The translations under genes were made by a program, and so were the position numbers. The notes below the pieces were generated by a model, which did not search any database, was not told the origin of the DNA, and saw only the letters and a program-made list of their open reading frames with translations. This document shows positions 47,953-59,052 of a DNA stretch of 59,052 nucleotides, piece by piece. The first letter of the stretch is position 1, and the number at the start of each line of letters is the position of its first letter. Source of the stretch: Candidatus Enterousia avicola (GTDB lineage: Bacteria; Pseudomonadota; Alphaproteobacteria; Rs-D84). The stretch lies in contig DVNO01000002.1 in assembly GCA_018714345.1 (NCBI GenBank), positions 1-59,052 on the forward strand. Direction: 5' to 3'.

Positions 47953-50010
47953 ATGAATCCAGAAGAAATGCAAGAAACCCCAGAACAGGCAATTGCAAAG
48001 TACACTACTGATTTTACTAAATTGGCGGCTGACGGTAAGTTAGACCCAGTTATCGGGCGTGATGATGAAATCCGCCGTACGATACAAGTATTATCACGCC
48101 GTACAAAAAACAATCCTGTACTGATTGGTAACCCCGGTGTTGGTAAGACCGCAATAGTTGAAGGGTTGGCAGAACGAATCGTATCAGGCGACGTTCCCGA
48201 GAACCTACTAAAAAAGAAATTGCTATCCTTAGACATGGGTGCCCTGATGGCAGGTGCTATGTTCCGTGGGCAGTTTGAAGGACGCTTTAAAGCCATATTG
48301 AAAGCAGTAAAAGACTCTGACGGACAAATCATTTTGTTCATTGACGAGTTGCATACTTTGGTTGGTGCCGGTAAAGGTGAAGGCAGTATGGACGCAGGCA
48401 ACCTATTAAAACCTATGCTTGCACGTGGTGAACTGCATTGCTTAGGCGCAACCACATTGGATGAATATCGCCAATATATAGAAAAAGACCCTGCTTTGGC
48501 GCGTCGTTTTCAGCCTGTGTATGTAGATGAACCAAGCGTAGATGATACTATTTCTATACTACGTGGGCTTAAAGAAAAATACGAAGGGCATCATGGTGTT
48601 CGTATTTCTGATGCGGCATTGGTTTCAGCTGTGCGCTTGTCTAACCGCTATATTACCGACAGATTTTTGCCAGATAAAGCCATAGACTTAATTGATGAGG
48701 CAGCAGCCAGAGTTCGTATAGAAATAGCGTCTAAACCAGAAAAGTTGGATGAAATCGATCGTCATTTAATGCAGTTAAAGATTGAACAACAGGCATTAAA
48801 GAAAGAAAAAGACGAAGATTCCAAGAAACGCTTGAAAGAATTGGAAACTGTTATAAAAGAGACAGAAGAAGAATCTGCAAAACTTACTGCAGCGTGGCGT
48901 GAAGAGCAAAAGAAGATGCGTGGGCTATCAGATGCTATGGCAGCATTAGATGCTGCGAAAGCGGAGGTGGCAACTGCTATGCGTAACGGGGATTACGAAA
49001 AGGCCTCTGCCCTGCAATACGGCAAGATTCCTGAACTGGAAGAACAGATACGTAAAATGAATGCGGAATCCAAGGAGTATAAGACCGTATTACCAGAACA
49101 TATTGCTGCGGTTGTTAGCAAGTGGACTGGCGTTCCTGCCGATAAATTAAGCGTTGAAGAGCAGTCAAAACTATTAAACATAGAGGACGAGCTGCGTAAA
49201 CGTGTTGTCGGTCAAGACCATGCTTTGACGGTCATCGCGAAAGCGATTCGCCGTAGTCGTGCAGGCTTGTCGGATCCGCACCGCCCAGCGGGAAGCTTTA
49301 TGTTCTTAGGGCCAACAGGTGTTGGTAAAACAGAAGTGGCAAAGGCTTTAGCGGAATACCTATTTAATGATGATACTGCTATGACTCGTATTGATATGAG
49401 TGAATATATGGAGCCCCATTCTGTATCTCGATTGATTGGTAGTCCTCCGGGATATGTAGGTTACGAGCAAGGCGGTGTTTTGACGGAAAGCGTACGTCGT
49501 CGTCCATATCAGGTTTTGCTGTTTGATGAAATAGAAAAAGCAAATCCAGACGTGTTTAATGTCTTTCTACAAATATTAGATGATGGACGTTTGACAGATG
49601 GTCAAGGTCATGTTGTGAACTTTACAAACACAATCATAATAATGACCAGTAACCTGCCAGATATGGAAGCGGTTAAAAAGCATTTCCGTCCAGAATTCAT
49701 CAACAGAATTGATGAAATCGTGTTCTTTAACCCATTGGGTAAAGATGTAATGGCTGGAATTGTAAAAATCCAACTACGCAACCTAGAAAAACGCTTGGCA
49801 GAACGTCGTATAGAACTGAATGTGTCAGACAAGGCAATTAAATGGCTGGGAGATAATGGATACGACCCTGTATTCGGTGCCCGTCCACTGAAACGTTTAA
49901 TTACATCAGCGGTAGAGGACAAAATAGCGGACCTGATTTTGTCTGGTCGCGTCGGTGAAGGTAGTACTGTATATGTCGATGTTCAAGGGAAAGAACTTAC
50001 TGTAAAGTAA
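47953..50010 (+). CDS. clpB: ClpB disaggregase lacking the N-terminal domain (NBD1, middle coiled coil and NBD2 present)
   Basis: The 685-aa product starts at the position equivalent to the linker before NBD1 ([61 protein letters not shown]). An in-frame TAA lies 2 codons upstream (47947-47949), and a strong AAAGGAGA SD sequence is present. Confidence 0.93.
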   Translation: MNPEEMQETPEQAIAKYTTDFTKLAADGKLDPVIGRDDEIRRTIQVLSRRTKNNPVLIGNPGVGKTAIVEGLAERIVSGDVPENLLKKKLLSLDMGALMAGAMFRGQFEGRFKAILKAVKDSDGQIILFIDELHTLVGAGKGEGSMDAGNLLKPMLARGELHCLGATTLDEYRQYIEKDPALARRFQPVYVDEPSVDDTISILRGLKEKYEGHHGVRISDAALVSAVRLSNRYITDRFLPDKAIDLIDEAAARVRIEIASKPEKLDEIDRHLMQLKIEQQALKKEKDEDSKKRLKELETVIKETEEESAKLTAAWREEQKKMRGLSDAMAALDAAKAEVATAMRNGDYEKASALQYGKIPELEEQIRKMNAESKEYKTVLPEHIAAVVSKWTGVPADKLSVEEQSKLLNIEDELRKRVVGQDHALTVIAKAIRRSRAGLSDPHRPAGSFMFLGPTGVGKTEVAKALAEYLFNDDTAMTRIDMSEYMEPHSVSRLIGSPPGYVGYEQGGVLTESVRRRPYQVLLFDEIEKANPDVFNVFLQILDDGRLTDGQGHVVNFTNTIIIMTSNLPDMEAVKKHFRPEFINRIDEIVFFNPLGKDVMAGIVKIQLRNLEKRLAERRIELNVSDKAIKWLGDNGYDPVFGARPLKRLITSAVEDKIADLILSGRVGEGSTVYVDVQGKELTVK

Positions 50011-50020
50011 GCTACTAAAA

Positions 50021-50050
50021 TAAAGGGTGACAAAATGTCACCTTTTATTT
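50021..50050. terminator. Bidirectional terminator between clpB and the 660-aa gene
   Basis: The stem ggtgaca(50026-50032)/tgtcacc(50036-50042) is flanked by A-rich and T-rich runs. Confidence 0.55.
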
Positions 50051-52027
50051 TGTTTTTCTTGTCTTTCCAAGCACAAATCGTCTGCCCTTGGCTATTTTTT
50101 TCATCTGTTCGGTCTCTAGGAACATAGTGGATTTATTTGTCATATCAACACGCAAGTCACCCCCCGACTTCCAAACATTTGTGGCTTGAACATTATACTT
50201 GGAAACAACATGTTTTATCTGCGGTAACTTCAATTTTAAATCTGTATCATAAATCAACCACATTGGCTTAGCTGGATAATTTGGATTATTTTCAACAACA
50301 CCATGTATTGCCAATATAGTGTCCTCACAGAAAAATTCGATTTTTGTATTAATGTGTTGCCTTATAAATTTTTCACCATTAATAAAAATGTCGTTATAAA
50401 TTCCACCTGGGGCAATTTTTACTCTCTTTACAGTAACAACAACATCTTTACGTTCTGCAGCATTTGCCAAAATCTTTTTAGACACTTTTTTGCTATCAGC
50501 ATTAGGCTTTTCTACCATTCGCTCTGTTTGATCTTTGTCCGACAAAACTGCCAGATTTTCCTCAACTTCATCAGCCTTAACTACACTTTTTTTAGAAGTC
50601 CCTATTGACGCTGTAACCAACTGATTGGTTCTTTCGATATTAGCTTTATCTAATATCTGAATAACTGGACAACAGATCTCATGCCCATCTTCAAAAATTA
50701 TTACTGTATTTTTCTTTAAAGAGTCAGCCTTTATCGTTTCTGCCGCAAATGGTATGTTGATAGTCTTTTTCAAATCTGACGTGTCAGAAATCACAGTATG
50801 CAATCTACCCTTTGCCTTTGACAAAAACAATTCATGCGTGCTGGCAATATAGCTTACAGCTTTTGCGCCTGCTTTAGATTTTGTTAAAATTCGCCCACGT
50901 TTTAAATCTATTACGTATAAAAGGCCTGAATGCCCATCCAACTGCTTACGCACAACTGCAAGTTTAGTCTTTTCATCATACAGACATAACTCATAGGGGA
51001 CCTTAGCAGACCTTAGTAAACTAGAATCCGAATCTCCGTTAAAGAAAAATAAGCCATATTTATTATTATCAGTAACAGCCGAAAACAAAGGTATCTTAAA
51101 TACTGGATTTATGATATTGGCAGATTTTCTCTTTTTTAACGTACATTTAAAACTGTTACCAAAAAGTTTAGTTTCTTTATTATAACCTGGAAAACGCCTA
51201 GCTAATTCCTCATTCAATACTTCCTCTATCGGCAAACCGTTACGCTTTCTATAATTATACGCATGACGTATGCTTAAATCGCTACAAGAACGCCAATCAT
51301 TTACACTTTGACGCCTATATTTTCGAAAGCTCCTGGTTGCTTTATCATATCCTGGAAATCTTTTTGATAACTCTTCGTTCAAATTATCTTCTATTTGTAA
51401 ACCATGCTTTTTACGATTACTAAAAGCAACGCGTAAACATTTATCGCTTGATCGGGTCCAGTCTTTGTTTAGTTTACTTAATTCACGCCCATTACCGAAA
51501 GATCGTGTAACTTTATCATAGCCGGGAAATCTTCTTGCAAGTTCTTCATTTAATGCATCCTCTATTGCTTTTCCCTGCTTTTTGCGACGCCCATAAATAC
51601 ACCGCAACACTTGCGAACTGGTCTTAGACCAATCCATCAAGCTACTTCTGGAAACATTACCAAATGTTTGTTTCTCTTTATCATAACCAGGGAAACGCTT
51701 GGCAAGCTCATCATTCAAAGAATTTTCTATTTCCAACCCCTTTCTTCTACGAAAAAGGTATGCCCCCCTTAAAGAATTGTTACTTGCCTTTGACCAATCA
51801 ATATTTCTTTTTCTGCTAAAACGCGCGGCTCCAGCTTCTTCTGTTTTTTTATCACCATTAACAACATGTTCGGTAAGCTTTCGTGCCACATCTGGTGTCA
51901 ATGAAATAATTGTACGAACAAAAGCGGCTATCGCCGCCCTAAATTCTGGTGATTTAAGTAATTCTTCCATTAACATATGGGAAAAGTTCTTTTCATTAGA
52001 AACCGAATTCTTATCTGTATTACTCAT
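50045..52027 (-). CDS. Hypothetical cytoplasmic protein with four tandem ~55-aa basic repeats
   Basis: The 660-aa product has no signal peptide. Residues ~77-291 hold four copies of DW(S/T/R)xxSxxxLRxxYxxRxxxGxxIExxLNEEL(A/S)(K/R)RFPGY(D/N)KxTxxFGN. The C-terminal ~360 aa match no family I recognise. Confidence 0.7.
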   Translation of the reverse strand: MSNTDKNSVSNEKNFSHMLMEELLKSPEFRAAIAAFVRTIISLTPDVARKLTEHVVNGDKKTEEAGAARFSRKRNIDWSKASNNSLRGAYLFRRRKGLEIENSLNDELAKRFPGYDKEKQTFGNVSRSSLMDWSKTSSQVLRCIYGRRKKQGKAIEDALNEELARRFPGYDKVTRSFGNGRELSKLNKDWTRSSDKCLRVAFSNRKKHGLQIEDNLNEELSKRFPGYDKATRSFRKYRRQSVNDWRSCSDLSIRHAYNYRKRNGLPIEEVLNEELARRFPGYNKETKLFGNSFKCTLKKRKSANIINPVFKIPLFSAVTDNNKYGLFFFNGDSDSSLLRSAKVPYELCLYDEKTKLAVVRKQLDGHSGLLYVIDLKRGRILTKSKAGAKAVSYIASTHELFLSKAKGRLHTVISDTSDLKKTINIPFAAETIKADSLKKNTVIIFEDGHEICCPVIQILDKANIERTNQLVTASIGTSKKSVVKADEVEENLAVLSDKDQTERMVEKPNADSKKVSKKILANAAERKDVVVTVKRVKIAPGGIYNDIFINGEKFIRQHINTKIEFFCEDTILAIHGVVENNPNYPAKPMWLIYDTDLKLKLPQIKHVVSKYNVQATNVWKSGGDLRVDMTNKSTMFLETEQMKKIAKGRRFVLGKTRKTK

Positions 52028-52079
52028 ATTTGCTCTTCATTTACTGTATTCTTCTCACTTTCCCCCACATAACTTATTA

Positions 52080-53888
52080 TTACTTTTTACCTTTAAATTG
52101 AATGTCTCGCAGTTTTTTGTATTCACCACCCAACGCAACTAATTCGGCATCTGTTCCCTGCTCTACAATATGTCCATCTTTTATGACGCAGATTATGTCC
52201 GCATCCAAAATTGTAGACAAGCGGTGTGCTATCACAAAAGTAGTTCTTCCACGCATTAAGTCTTTCAATGCGGCCTGTATTAATTTTTCACTTTGGGTAT
52301 CCAGCGCAGAAGTAGCCTCATCCAACAATAATATCGGAGAATCTTTTAATATAGCGCGCGCGATTGCGATTCGCTGTTTCTGCCCACCAGACAGCAACGC
52401 GCCCCCTTCCCCGACCGTTGATTGATACTTATGTGGAAAATTCATTATAAAGTCATGCGCGTTTGCAGCCCTTGCCGCAGCCTCTACCTGTTCATGCGTA
52501 GCATTCGGCGCACCATACTTGATATTTTCTTCTATAGTACCGTTAAACAAGAATACGTCCTGTGAAACTTCCGCTATATTTTCACGCAACGATTGCAGAG
52601 TAAACTTGCGTATATCAGTACGGTTAATTTCAATTTTCCCTTTTTGGGGTTCATAAAACCGCTCTATCAAATTAAACATCGTAGTCTTACCACCACCAGA
52701 AGGACCAACCAAAGCACAAACCTTTCCCGCCGGAACATTTAAATTTATATCTTTTAGAACAGGCTCGTCTGGAACATATGAAAAAGATACATGACTAAAC
52801 TTTACCGACAGCTTACCGGGATTTAAATCTTTTGCATCTGGCAAATCTTGAATATCTGGCTTACTATCCAAGAAATCAAACAAAACCTCTGCCGCCAACA
52901 GGCCATGTTGAACTGTATTGCTTGTGCTAGTTATACTACGCGCAGGTTTATACGCGGCGGTTAACGCCAACAAGAACGCCGTAAAATCACCTGTTGTAAT
53001 AGCCCCTGTAACGATAAAGTGCCCACCAGCAATCAAGGCCAAACACAACCCGATAGATATCATCAATTCCAATAAAGGTGACTGCAACGCAAAAACCTGC
53101 GTTCCTTTATAAGAATTTACCATTGAAGCATTCAAGACATCTGCAAATTTTTTTGATTCCGTTTCTTCATTCGCAAAAGCCTGAATTGTTTTCATACCCT
53201 GCAAGGTCTGATTCAAGTGTTGCGACACATCATTAGCAATACCAAACGATTCGCGCGATAACTTACGACGCTTTCTCATAATTAAAACCATAGGAATCAT
53301 TATCGCAGGCACCAAGAATATAAGCACAGCACACAATTGTGGTGCGTAGTAAACCATTAGCCCCAACGTCATCATAAGCGTTGCAATTTGTTGAACGGTA
53401 TTTACCAATGTCCCAGTAACCAAATTCAACACAGCACCAGCCTGTACACTAAAATAATTTAAATGCTTTCCTATGCCATCACCATAAAACTTGGCAATGT
53501 TCATTTTCACCATGTGAGAATAGATGCGCTGCTGCAAATCTGCACTAGCGTTCAACCCAGCCTTTGCCATCAACAAAGATTTTGCATAACTAAATATGCC
53601 CTTAAAGCCAAACGCAGCGATAACCTGCATACCAAAAAAGTATATATTAGCCATACTTTTTTGTATAAAAGCCTTATCAACAACTTGCTGGACCAGAGTT
53701 ATGGTATACGCCTCAGCCGCTGCGGCCAGAACAGTCGCCACAACACCTAAAATCAGCCATTTCAACTGTGGGCGCCCTATTTCACGCCATACGCGAGCAT
53801 AAAGAGACCACTTAATTCGGCGATTAGTTTCATCGCCTTTTATAATTTTTTTTATTTTTTTCTTTATATTCTTAAACATGCTTGGCAT
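52080..53888 (-). CDS. msbA: ABC exporter, fused permease/ATPase (MsbA/lipid A flippase-like)
   Basis: It has six predicted TM helices followed by an NBD with Walker A GPSGGGKTT, signature LSGGQKQRIAIARA and Walker B ILLLDEATSALD. The start is uncertain (TTG at 53900, ATG at 53888 or 53879). Confidence 0.85.
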   Translation of the reverse strand: MPSMFKNIKKKIKKIIKGDETNRRIKWSLYARVWREIGRPQLKWLILGVVATVLAAAAEAYTITLVQQVVDKAFIQKSMANIYFFGMQVIAAFGFKGIFSYAKSLLMAKAGLNASADLQQRIYSHMVKMNIAKFYGDGIGKHLNYFSVQAGAVLNLVTGTLVNTVQQIATLMMTLGLMVYYAPQLCAVLIFLVPAIMIPMVLIMRKRRKLSRESFGIANDVSQHLNQTLQGMKTIQAFANEETESKKFADVLNASMVNSYKGTQVFALQSPLLELMISIGLCLALIAGGHFIVTGAITTGDFTAFLLALTAAYKPARSITSTSNTVQHGLLAAEVLFDFLDSKPDIQDLPDAKDLNPGKLSVKFSHVSFSYVPDEPVLKDINLNVPAGKVCALVGPSGGGKTTMFNLIERFYEPQKGKIEINRTDIRKFTLQSLRENIAEVSQDVFLFNGTIEENIKYGAPNATHEQVEAAARAANAHDFIMNFPHKYQSTVGEGGALLSGGQKQRIAIARAILKDSPILLLDEATSALDTQSEKLIQAALKDLMRGRTTFVIAHRLSTILDADIICVIKDGHIVEQGTDAELVALGGEYKKLRDIQFKGKK

Positions 53889-53950
53889 TATAAGTTGCAA
53901 CTATAAAAGAGTCCAGCAAAAGATTAAATTCAACAAAAATCATTTTTAAT

Positions 53951-53979
53951 TTGACAATACATTCAAAAGTGTATAAAAT
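53951..53979 (+). promoter_or_regulatory. Sigma-70-type promoter for tRNA-Ala (and probably rpsU)
   Basis: TTGACA (53951-53956) is followed by a 17-nt spacer and TAAAAT (53974-53979), about 30 nt upstream of the tRNA. Confidence 0.5.
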
Positions 53980-54010
53980 CCAAAGGCTAAAAAAATAAAA
54001 GCAGAGTTTT

Positions 54011-54086
54011 GGGGTCATAGCTCAGTTGGTAGAGCACCTGCTTTGCAAGCAGGGGGTCGTCAGTTCGAGTCTGATTGGCTCCACCA
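54011..54086 (+). tRNA. tRNA-Ala, anticodon UGC, CCA encoded
   Basis: The sequence is GGGGTCATAGCTCAGTTGGTAGAGCACCTGCTTTGCAAGCAGGGGGTCGTCAGTTCGAGTCTGATTGGCTCCACCA. The G3:U70 identity pair is present and the anticodon loop is TTTGCAA. Confidence 0.95.
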
Positions 54087-54117
54087 AGATAAATGCGTTA
54101 AAGGGGGTGAATAACCG

Positions 54118-54324
54118 ATGGTAAAAGTTCTAGTTCGCGACAATAACGTAGAACAGGCTTTACGTGTTGCAAAACGTAAATCTCAGAAAGAAGGTCTGTA
54201 CCGCGAAATGAAAGAACGTCAGCGTTATGAAAAACCAACTACTAAACGCAAACGTTTGAAAGAAGAAGCCGTTCGCAACGAAAAGAAACGTCAATCTAAA
54301 CAGCGTATGGTTTTCGGTTTCTAA
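54118..54324 (+). CDS. rpsU: 30S ribosomal protein S21
   Basis: The 68-aa product starts [21 protein letters not shown]...[10 protein letters not shown]. An AAGGGGGTGA SD sequence lies upstream. Confidence 0.95.
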   Translation: MVKVLVRDNNVEQALRVAKRKSQKEGLYREMKERQRYEKPTTKRKRLKEEAVRNEKKRQSKQRMVFGF

Positions 54325-54348
54325 TTAAAAGTTAGAAAAAAATAAAAA

Positions 54349-54372
54349 ATCTGCCAAATTGGCAGATTTTTC
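54349..54372. terminator. Bidirectional terminator between rpsU and clpX
   Basis: The sequence is aaaaaatctgcc-aaatt-ggcagattttt. Confidence 0.6.
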
Positions 54373-54397
54373 TTTTCATTAAAGCGTTAAAAACTAC

Positions 54398-55678
54398 CTA
54401 CGCTACTTTCTTGGCATCACGCAGAATTTCAACCGGTGGCTTTTTACCCAACACAACATTTTTGTCGATTACAATCTCTGCCAAATCTTCTTTTTCTGGA
54501 GCTTCGAACATCGGTTGCAACAAAATCTTTTCCAAAATACTGCGCAGCCCACGAGCACCAGTCTTGCGCGCAACCGCTAACTTCGCAATTTCACGCAACC
54601 CGTCTTCTTTTATAGTAAGCTTTACACCATCCATTTCCAACATCGCCGCATATTGTTTTACAATTGCGTTCTTTGGTTCAGTCAAGATTTTAACTAACGC
54701 CGTCTCATCTAACTCTTGCAATGTTGTAACTACAGGCAAACGACCAACCAACTCTGGGATAATACCAAATTTTACTAAATCTTCTGGTTGAACATCATCT
54801 AGGTAATTCTTAGACTCGCGCTCTTTCTTAGATTGAACATCCGCACCAAAACCGATACCAGCGCGCTCGTTCTTACGAGAGGCAATTATCTTATTCAGCC
54901 CATCAAACGCACCACCACAGATAAATAGAATCTTGCTGGTGTCTAATTGAACAGTCGCCTCACCTGGGTGCTTGCGCCCTGCACCACCGGCTGGGACGTT
55001 TGCAACAGTTCCTTCGACTAGTTTTAATAAAGCCTGTTGAACACCCTCACCCGACACATCACGTGTTAAAGAAGGATTTTCAGACTTTCTCGCAATCTTA
55101 TCTATTTCATCAATATAAATAATTCCACGACTTGCACGCTCTACATCAAAATTAGCATTCTGCAACAGTCTGGTTAAAACACTTTCCACGTCGTCTCCAA
55201 CGTAACCCGCCTCAGTCAAAGTCGTTGCATCAGCTATTGCAAATGGAACATCCAAGATACGCGCCAACGTTTGCGCGAACAAGGTCTTACCCGTACCTGT
55301 CGGACCAATCAGCAATACGTTAGACTTCTGTATTTCCACATTAGTATTTACAGACACACTATGACGCTTATAATGGTTATAAACTGCAACGGAAAGTGTG
55401 CGTTTTGCATCATCTTGCCCAACAATATATTCATTTAAAAAGTTATAAATCTGACGTGGTGTAGGCAGCTTAGAACTGTCGTGACTAACATTAGCACGCA
55501 TATCATCAGCCATAATATCGTTGCACAGATTTATACATTCGTCACAAATGCAAACGTTTCTACCGCTGACCAGCTTTTTTACCTCGTACACGGCCTTGCC
55601 ACAAAAACTGCAAAACTGCGGTGTTTCACCTGTTTGATTTTCGTCTGTAGATTTTATCTTATCGTCACTCATATCCAA
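54398..55678 (-). CDS. clpX: ATP-dependent Clp protease ATP-binding subunit ClpX
   Basis: The 426-aa product has a C4 zinc-binding N-domain (CSFCGK...CICDEC), Walker A GPTGTGKT and an IGF-loop region. Confidence 0.97.
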   Translation of the reverse strand: MDMSDDKIKSTDENQTGETPQFCSFCGKAVYEVKKLVSGRNVCICDECINLCNDIMADDMRANVSHDSSKLPTPRQIYNFLNEYIVGQDDAKRTLSVAVYNHYKRHSVSVNTNVEIQKSNVLLIGPTGTGKTLFAQTLARILDVPFAIADATTLTEAGYVGDDVESVLTRLLQNANFDVERASRGIIYIDEIDKIARKSENPSLTRDVSGEGVQQALLKLVEGTVANVPAGGAGRKHPGEATVQLDTSKILFICGGAFDGLNKIIASRKNERAGIGFGADVQSKKERESKNYLDDVQPEDLVKFGIIPELVGRLPVVTTLQELDETALVKILTEPKNAIVKQYAAMLEMDGVKLTIKEDGLREIAKLAVARKTGARGLRSILEKILLQPMFEAPEKEDLAEIVIDKNVVLGKKPPVEILRDAKKVA

Positions 55679-55702
55679 TATTCCCCCACACCTTTGGAAA
55701 AT

Positions 55703-56284
55703 TTATTTGCGTTTCAAAACCCCGTCTATCAAACCAAAGTCTTTTGCTTCTTCTGGCGTCATCCAATTATCACGCTCCATCGCGTCAAAAAGTTCTTTTT
55801 CTTTACGCCCTGTAAACTCAGACATCTGCTTTATCAACGTCTTTTTATTCTTCTGATATTGAGCCATACGAATTTCCATATCCGTAATTTGCCCTTCTGC
55901 CCCAGCCAACGGTTGATGAATCATTATCTGAGTATTTGGTAACACGAAACGTTTTCCTTTCTCGCCAGCTGCCAATAAAACGGACCCCATAGAAGCAACC
56001 AATCCCATACCTATTGTAGAAACAGGGGCTTTTATATACTGCATTGTATCCATTATCGCCCAACCCGCAGAAACATCACCCCCTGGTGAGTTAATATAAA
56101 CAGAGATATCAGCGTTTGGATTCTCTGATTCCAAAAACAACAACTGTGCAACTACAGTACTAGCCATATTAGGCTCAATTTGACCGTTTATCATTATGAT
56201 ACGATCACGTAATAATCTGGAATAAATATCAAAAGAGCGCTCTCCACGTGGCGACTCTTCTATAACAACTGGTATCAAAGACAT
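55703..56284 (-). CDS. clpP: ATP-dependent Clp protease proteolytic subunit ClpP
   Basis: The 193-aa product contains [12 protein letters not shown], the active-site serine context ASMGS, and IHQP. Confidence 0.97.
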   Translation of the reverse strand: MSLIPVVIEESPRGERSFDIYSRLLRDRIIMINGQIEPNMASTVVAQLLFLESENPNADISVYINSPGGDVSAGWAIMDTMQYIKAPVSTIGMGLVASMGSVLLAAGEKGKRFVLPNTQIMIHQPLAGAEGQITDMEIRMAQYQKNKKTLIKQMSEFTGRKEKELFDAMERDNWMTPEEAKDFGLIDGVLKRK

Positions 56285-56352
56285 AATACAAAATCCTTAT
56301 TTTTTACACATAAAACTATACCACACAAAAACCCGATTCGCGAATTTATCAT

Positions 56353-56382
56353 ATATATAGTAAGAATATCCAAAAAAACAAG
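56353..56382 (-). promoter_or_regulatory. Candidate RpoH (sigma-32)-type heat-shock promoter of clpP-clpX
   Basis: On the minus strand the motif is CTTG(56379-56382)-N18-CTATATAT(56353-56360). It has the same motif and spacing as upstream of clpB and lies about 69 nt upstream of the clpP ATG. Confidence 0.5.
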
Positions 56383-56392
56383 ACGAGACTTT

Positions 56393-57499
<1,107 letters not shown>

Positions 57500-57668
57500 C
57501 TATTCTCAGGAATTATTTTACCACAAACCGCCCCCTTTAAAAAGCTGCCCGCAAAGGGCTCTTATGAAATAAAGTGCTTGATTTTTATAAAAAACGCATT
57601 TTTTGCAAAAAAATCAAAACGCAAATTCTACTTTACAGAAAGGGATTTGATTGCTACCGTATACCAGT

Positions 57669-58169
57669 ATGAGATGTCCTTATTGTAATTCAACAGACAG
57701 CCGGGTAACAGATTCTCGTCCCGACATAGAAGACGCCATAATTCGGCGCCGTCGTGTTTGTAACCAATGCGGGGCTAAGTTTACCACGGTTGAACGGGTG
57801 CAAATGCGCGACCTTATGGTTCGCAAGAACAGCGGAAAGCTGGAAGCATTTGACCGTGAAAAGCTGCGCCGCAGCATTAAATTAGCATGTCGCAACAGGG
57901 ACGTTGGTGACGAACAAATAGAAAAATTGGTAACATCGATACATCGTAGACTAGAAACGGAAACAGCCGACGATACGGTAACCAGCGCAATGGTTGGGGA
58001 AATGGTATCTGATTCATTATTAAACTTAGACCCTATTGCGTTTGTGCGATTTGTTTCTGTGTACCGAAAATTTTCCCGCATATCTGATTTTAAGAAGATT
58101 TTGGATAAGATTCCAGACGCGGACAACGATGCGGCTGTATGCAAACTACCTAAAAATTCATTATTCTGA
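57669..58169 (+). CDS. nrdR: Transcriptional repressor NrdR
   Basis: The product starts MRCPYCNSTDSRVTDSRP...RRRRVCNQCGAKFTTVE (zinc ribbon) and continues into an ATP-cone. The track ORF starts at a TTG at 57651, which has the better SD spacing, so the start is ambiguous. Confidence 0.93.
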   Translation: MRCPYCNSTDSRVTDSRPDIEDAIIRRRRVCNQCGAKFTTVERVQMRDLMVRKNSGKLEAFDREKLRRSIKLACRNRDVGDEQIEKLVTSIHRRLETETADDTVTSAMVGEMVSDSLLNLDPIAFVRFVSVYRKFSRISDFKKILDKIPDADNDAAVCKLPKNSLF

Positions 58170-58178
58170 ACAATCAAA

Positions 58179-59052
58179 ATGAAGAAGATATTCACATTTT
58201 TAATAGCAATATTTTTGCCAATTGCTGGTTTCGCGGCAGAGCTGCCAAACCTAGACATTTTATCCGATGCAGACGCAAGTCTTTACACTCAGATATTTTT
58301 GCTGCAATCTGAAGAAGAAATAAGCGCAGCGCAAAAATTAGAAAAACAACTGACGGACCCGTTTTTGATGAACGAGGTCCTTTATCAACGCTACATTTCT
58401 GACACATACCGCACTCGTGGCAAAGAGCTTGTTTCATGGATGAACAAATATTACGACATGCCAGGTGCTGACAGAATGGTAAAGTTAGCAAAAATAAAAC
58501 AGGCCTCCGTCCGAAAAGCCTACGTACCAAGGACTATAAGCGGCGGCGCATCAATAGAGACAGCACAATCTGAGACATGGACTGCAAAAAAATACACAGG
58601 TTCAACCAACACCAAGATTACAAAATTTAAAAGAGCCATAAGAAGCGGTGCGACCAAAACTGCAAGATTGATTTTAGAAGACCAATCTTTTAAGAAAAAA
58701 CTTACGGCATCAGACTATGGTCGTCTTGCGGGTCGTTTATCGTTTATATATTACACTAATGGCGAATTCGAATTAGCAAAAAAATGGGGATTTGTTGCAG
58801 CAGATGCAAAATCTGAATACGGTTTGTGGGCAATGGGTCTGTTATATTTCAAAGAAGAAAAATACGCTGAAAGCGAAAAATATTTTAGTGAAATATTGGA
58901 TTTAGAGCAGATAAACAACGCCAGAAAGACAGAAGCCGCATTTTGGGCTGGCAAAGCGGCAGATGCGAATGGTGACAGAACCAATGCAAAAAAATACTGG
59001 GAAATTGCCGCAGCACACCCAATGGCATTTTATGGTGCGCTAGCATCAGTTA
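58179..59052 (+). CDS. slt: Soluble lytic murein transglycosylase (Slt70-like), N-terminal superhelical part; its 3' end runs off the right edge of the window
   Basis: It is missing from the ORF track because it has no stop in the window. I hand-translated 291 open codons: MKKIFTFLIAIFLPIAGFAAELPNL...(signal peptide)...FWAGKAADANGDRTNAKKYWEIAAAHPMAFYGALASV. This is typical of the Slt U-domain. Confidence 0.7.
   Translation, partial: MKKIFTFLIAIFLPIAGFAAELPNLDILSDADASLYTQIFLLQSEEEISAAQKLEKQLTDPFLMNEVLYQRYISDTYRTRGKELVSWMNKYYDMPGADRMVKLAKIKQASVRKAYVPRTISGGASIETAQSETWTAKKYTGSTNTKITKFKRAIRSGATKTARLILEDQSFKKKLTASDYGRLAGRLSFIYYTNGEFELAKKWGFVAADAKSEYGLWAMGLLYFKEEKYAESEKYFSEILDLEQINNARKTEAAFWAGKAADANGDRTNAKKYWEIAAAHPMAFYGALASV

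Overview
This is an AT-rich bacterial chromosomal segment that is mostly core genome. A clear CcrM-type adenine methyltransferase, an alphaproteobacterial-style BamE, a CarD/CdnL regulator and an lptC-lptB pair point to an alphaproteobacterium (inference). A pyruvate:ferredoxin oxidoreductase (PFOR) and many secreted or outer-membrane proteins suggest an anaerobic, host-associated lifestyle (inference). Confident housekeeping genes are eno, lptB, carD, bamE, nifJ/PFOR, ctpA, an envC-like gene, tyrS, tsf, rpsB, pth, polA, rpmB, clpB, an msbA-like ABC exporter, rpsU, clpX, clpP, ccrM and nrdR, plus a partial lytic transglycosylase. Envelope and surface content is high: a 1623-aa autotransporter, an S8 protease with a possible C-terminal barrel, the alpha-2-macroglobulin/PBP1C pair, an OmpA-family lipoprotein, a three-gene outer-membrane operon, several Cys-rich secreted proteins and a partial LRR protein at the left edge. 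There are three tRNA genes: Leu-AAG, Leu-CAA and Ala-UGC. I found no integrase, transposase, CRISPR array, reverse transcriptase or recognisable defence system. The most unusual loci are listed below.
- tRNA-Leu with an A34 (AAG) anticodon, preceded by four tandem 67-nt repeats that each recreate the first 13 nt of the tRNA.
- A duplicated tRNA-Leu(CAA) 3' end plus its terminator.
- A two-gene operon pairing a Fic-fold protein that has a degenerate catalytic motif with an APH-type kinase.
- A 660-aa protein with four 55-aa basic repeats, downstream of the ABC exporter.
- A natively N-domain-less ClpB.
- An identical CTTG-N18-CTATATAT motif upstream of both clpB and clpP.
- A family of Cys-rich secreted proteins, one with a long Ser/Thr/Arg-rich region.
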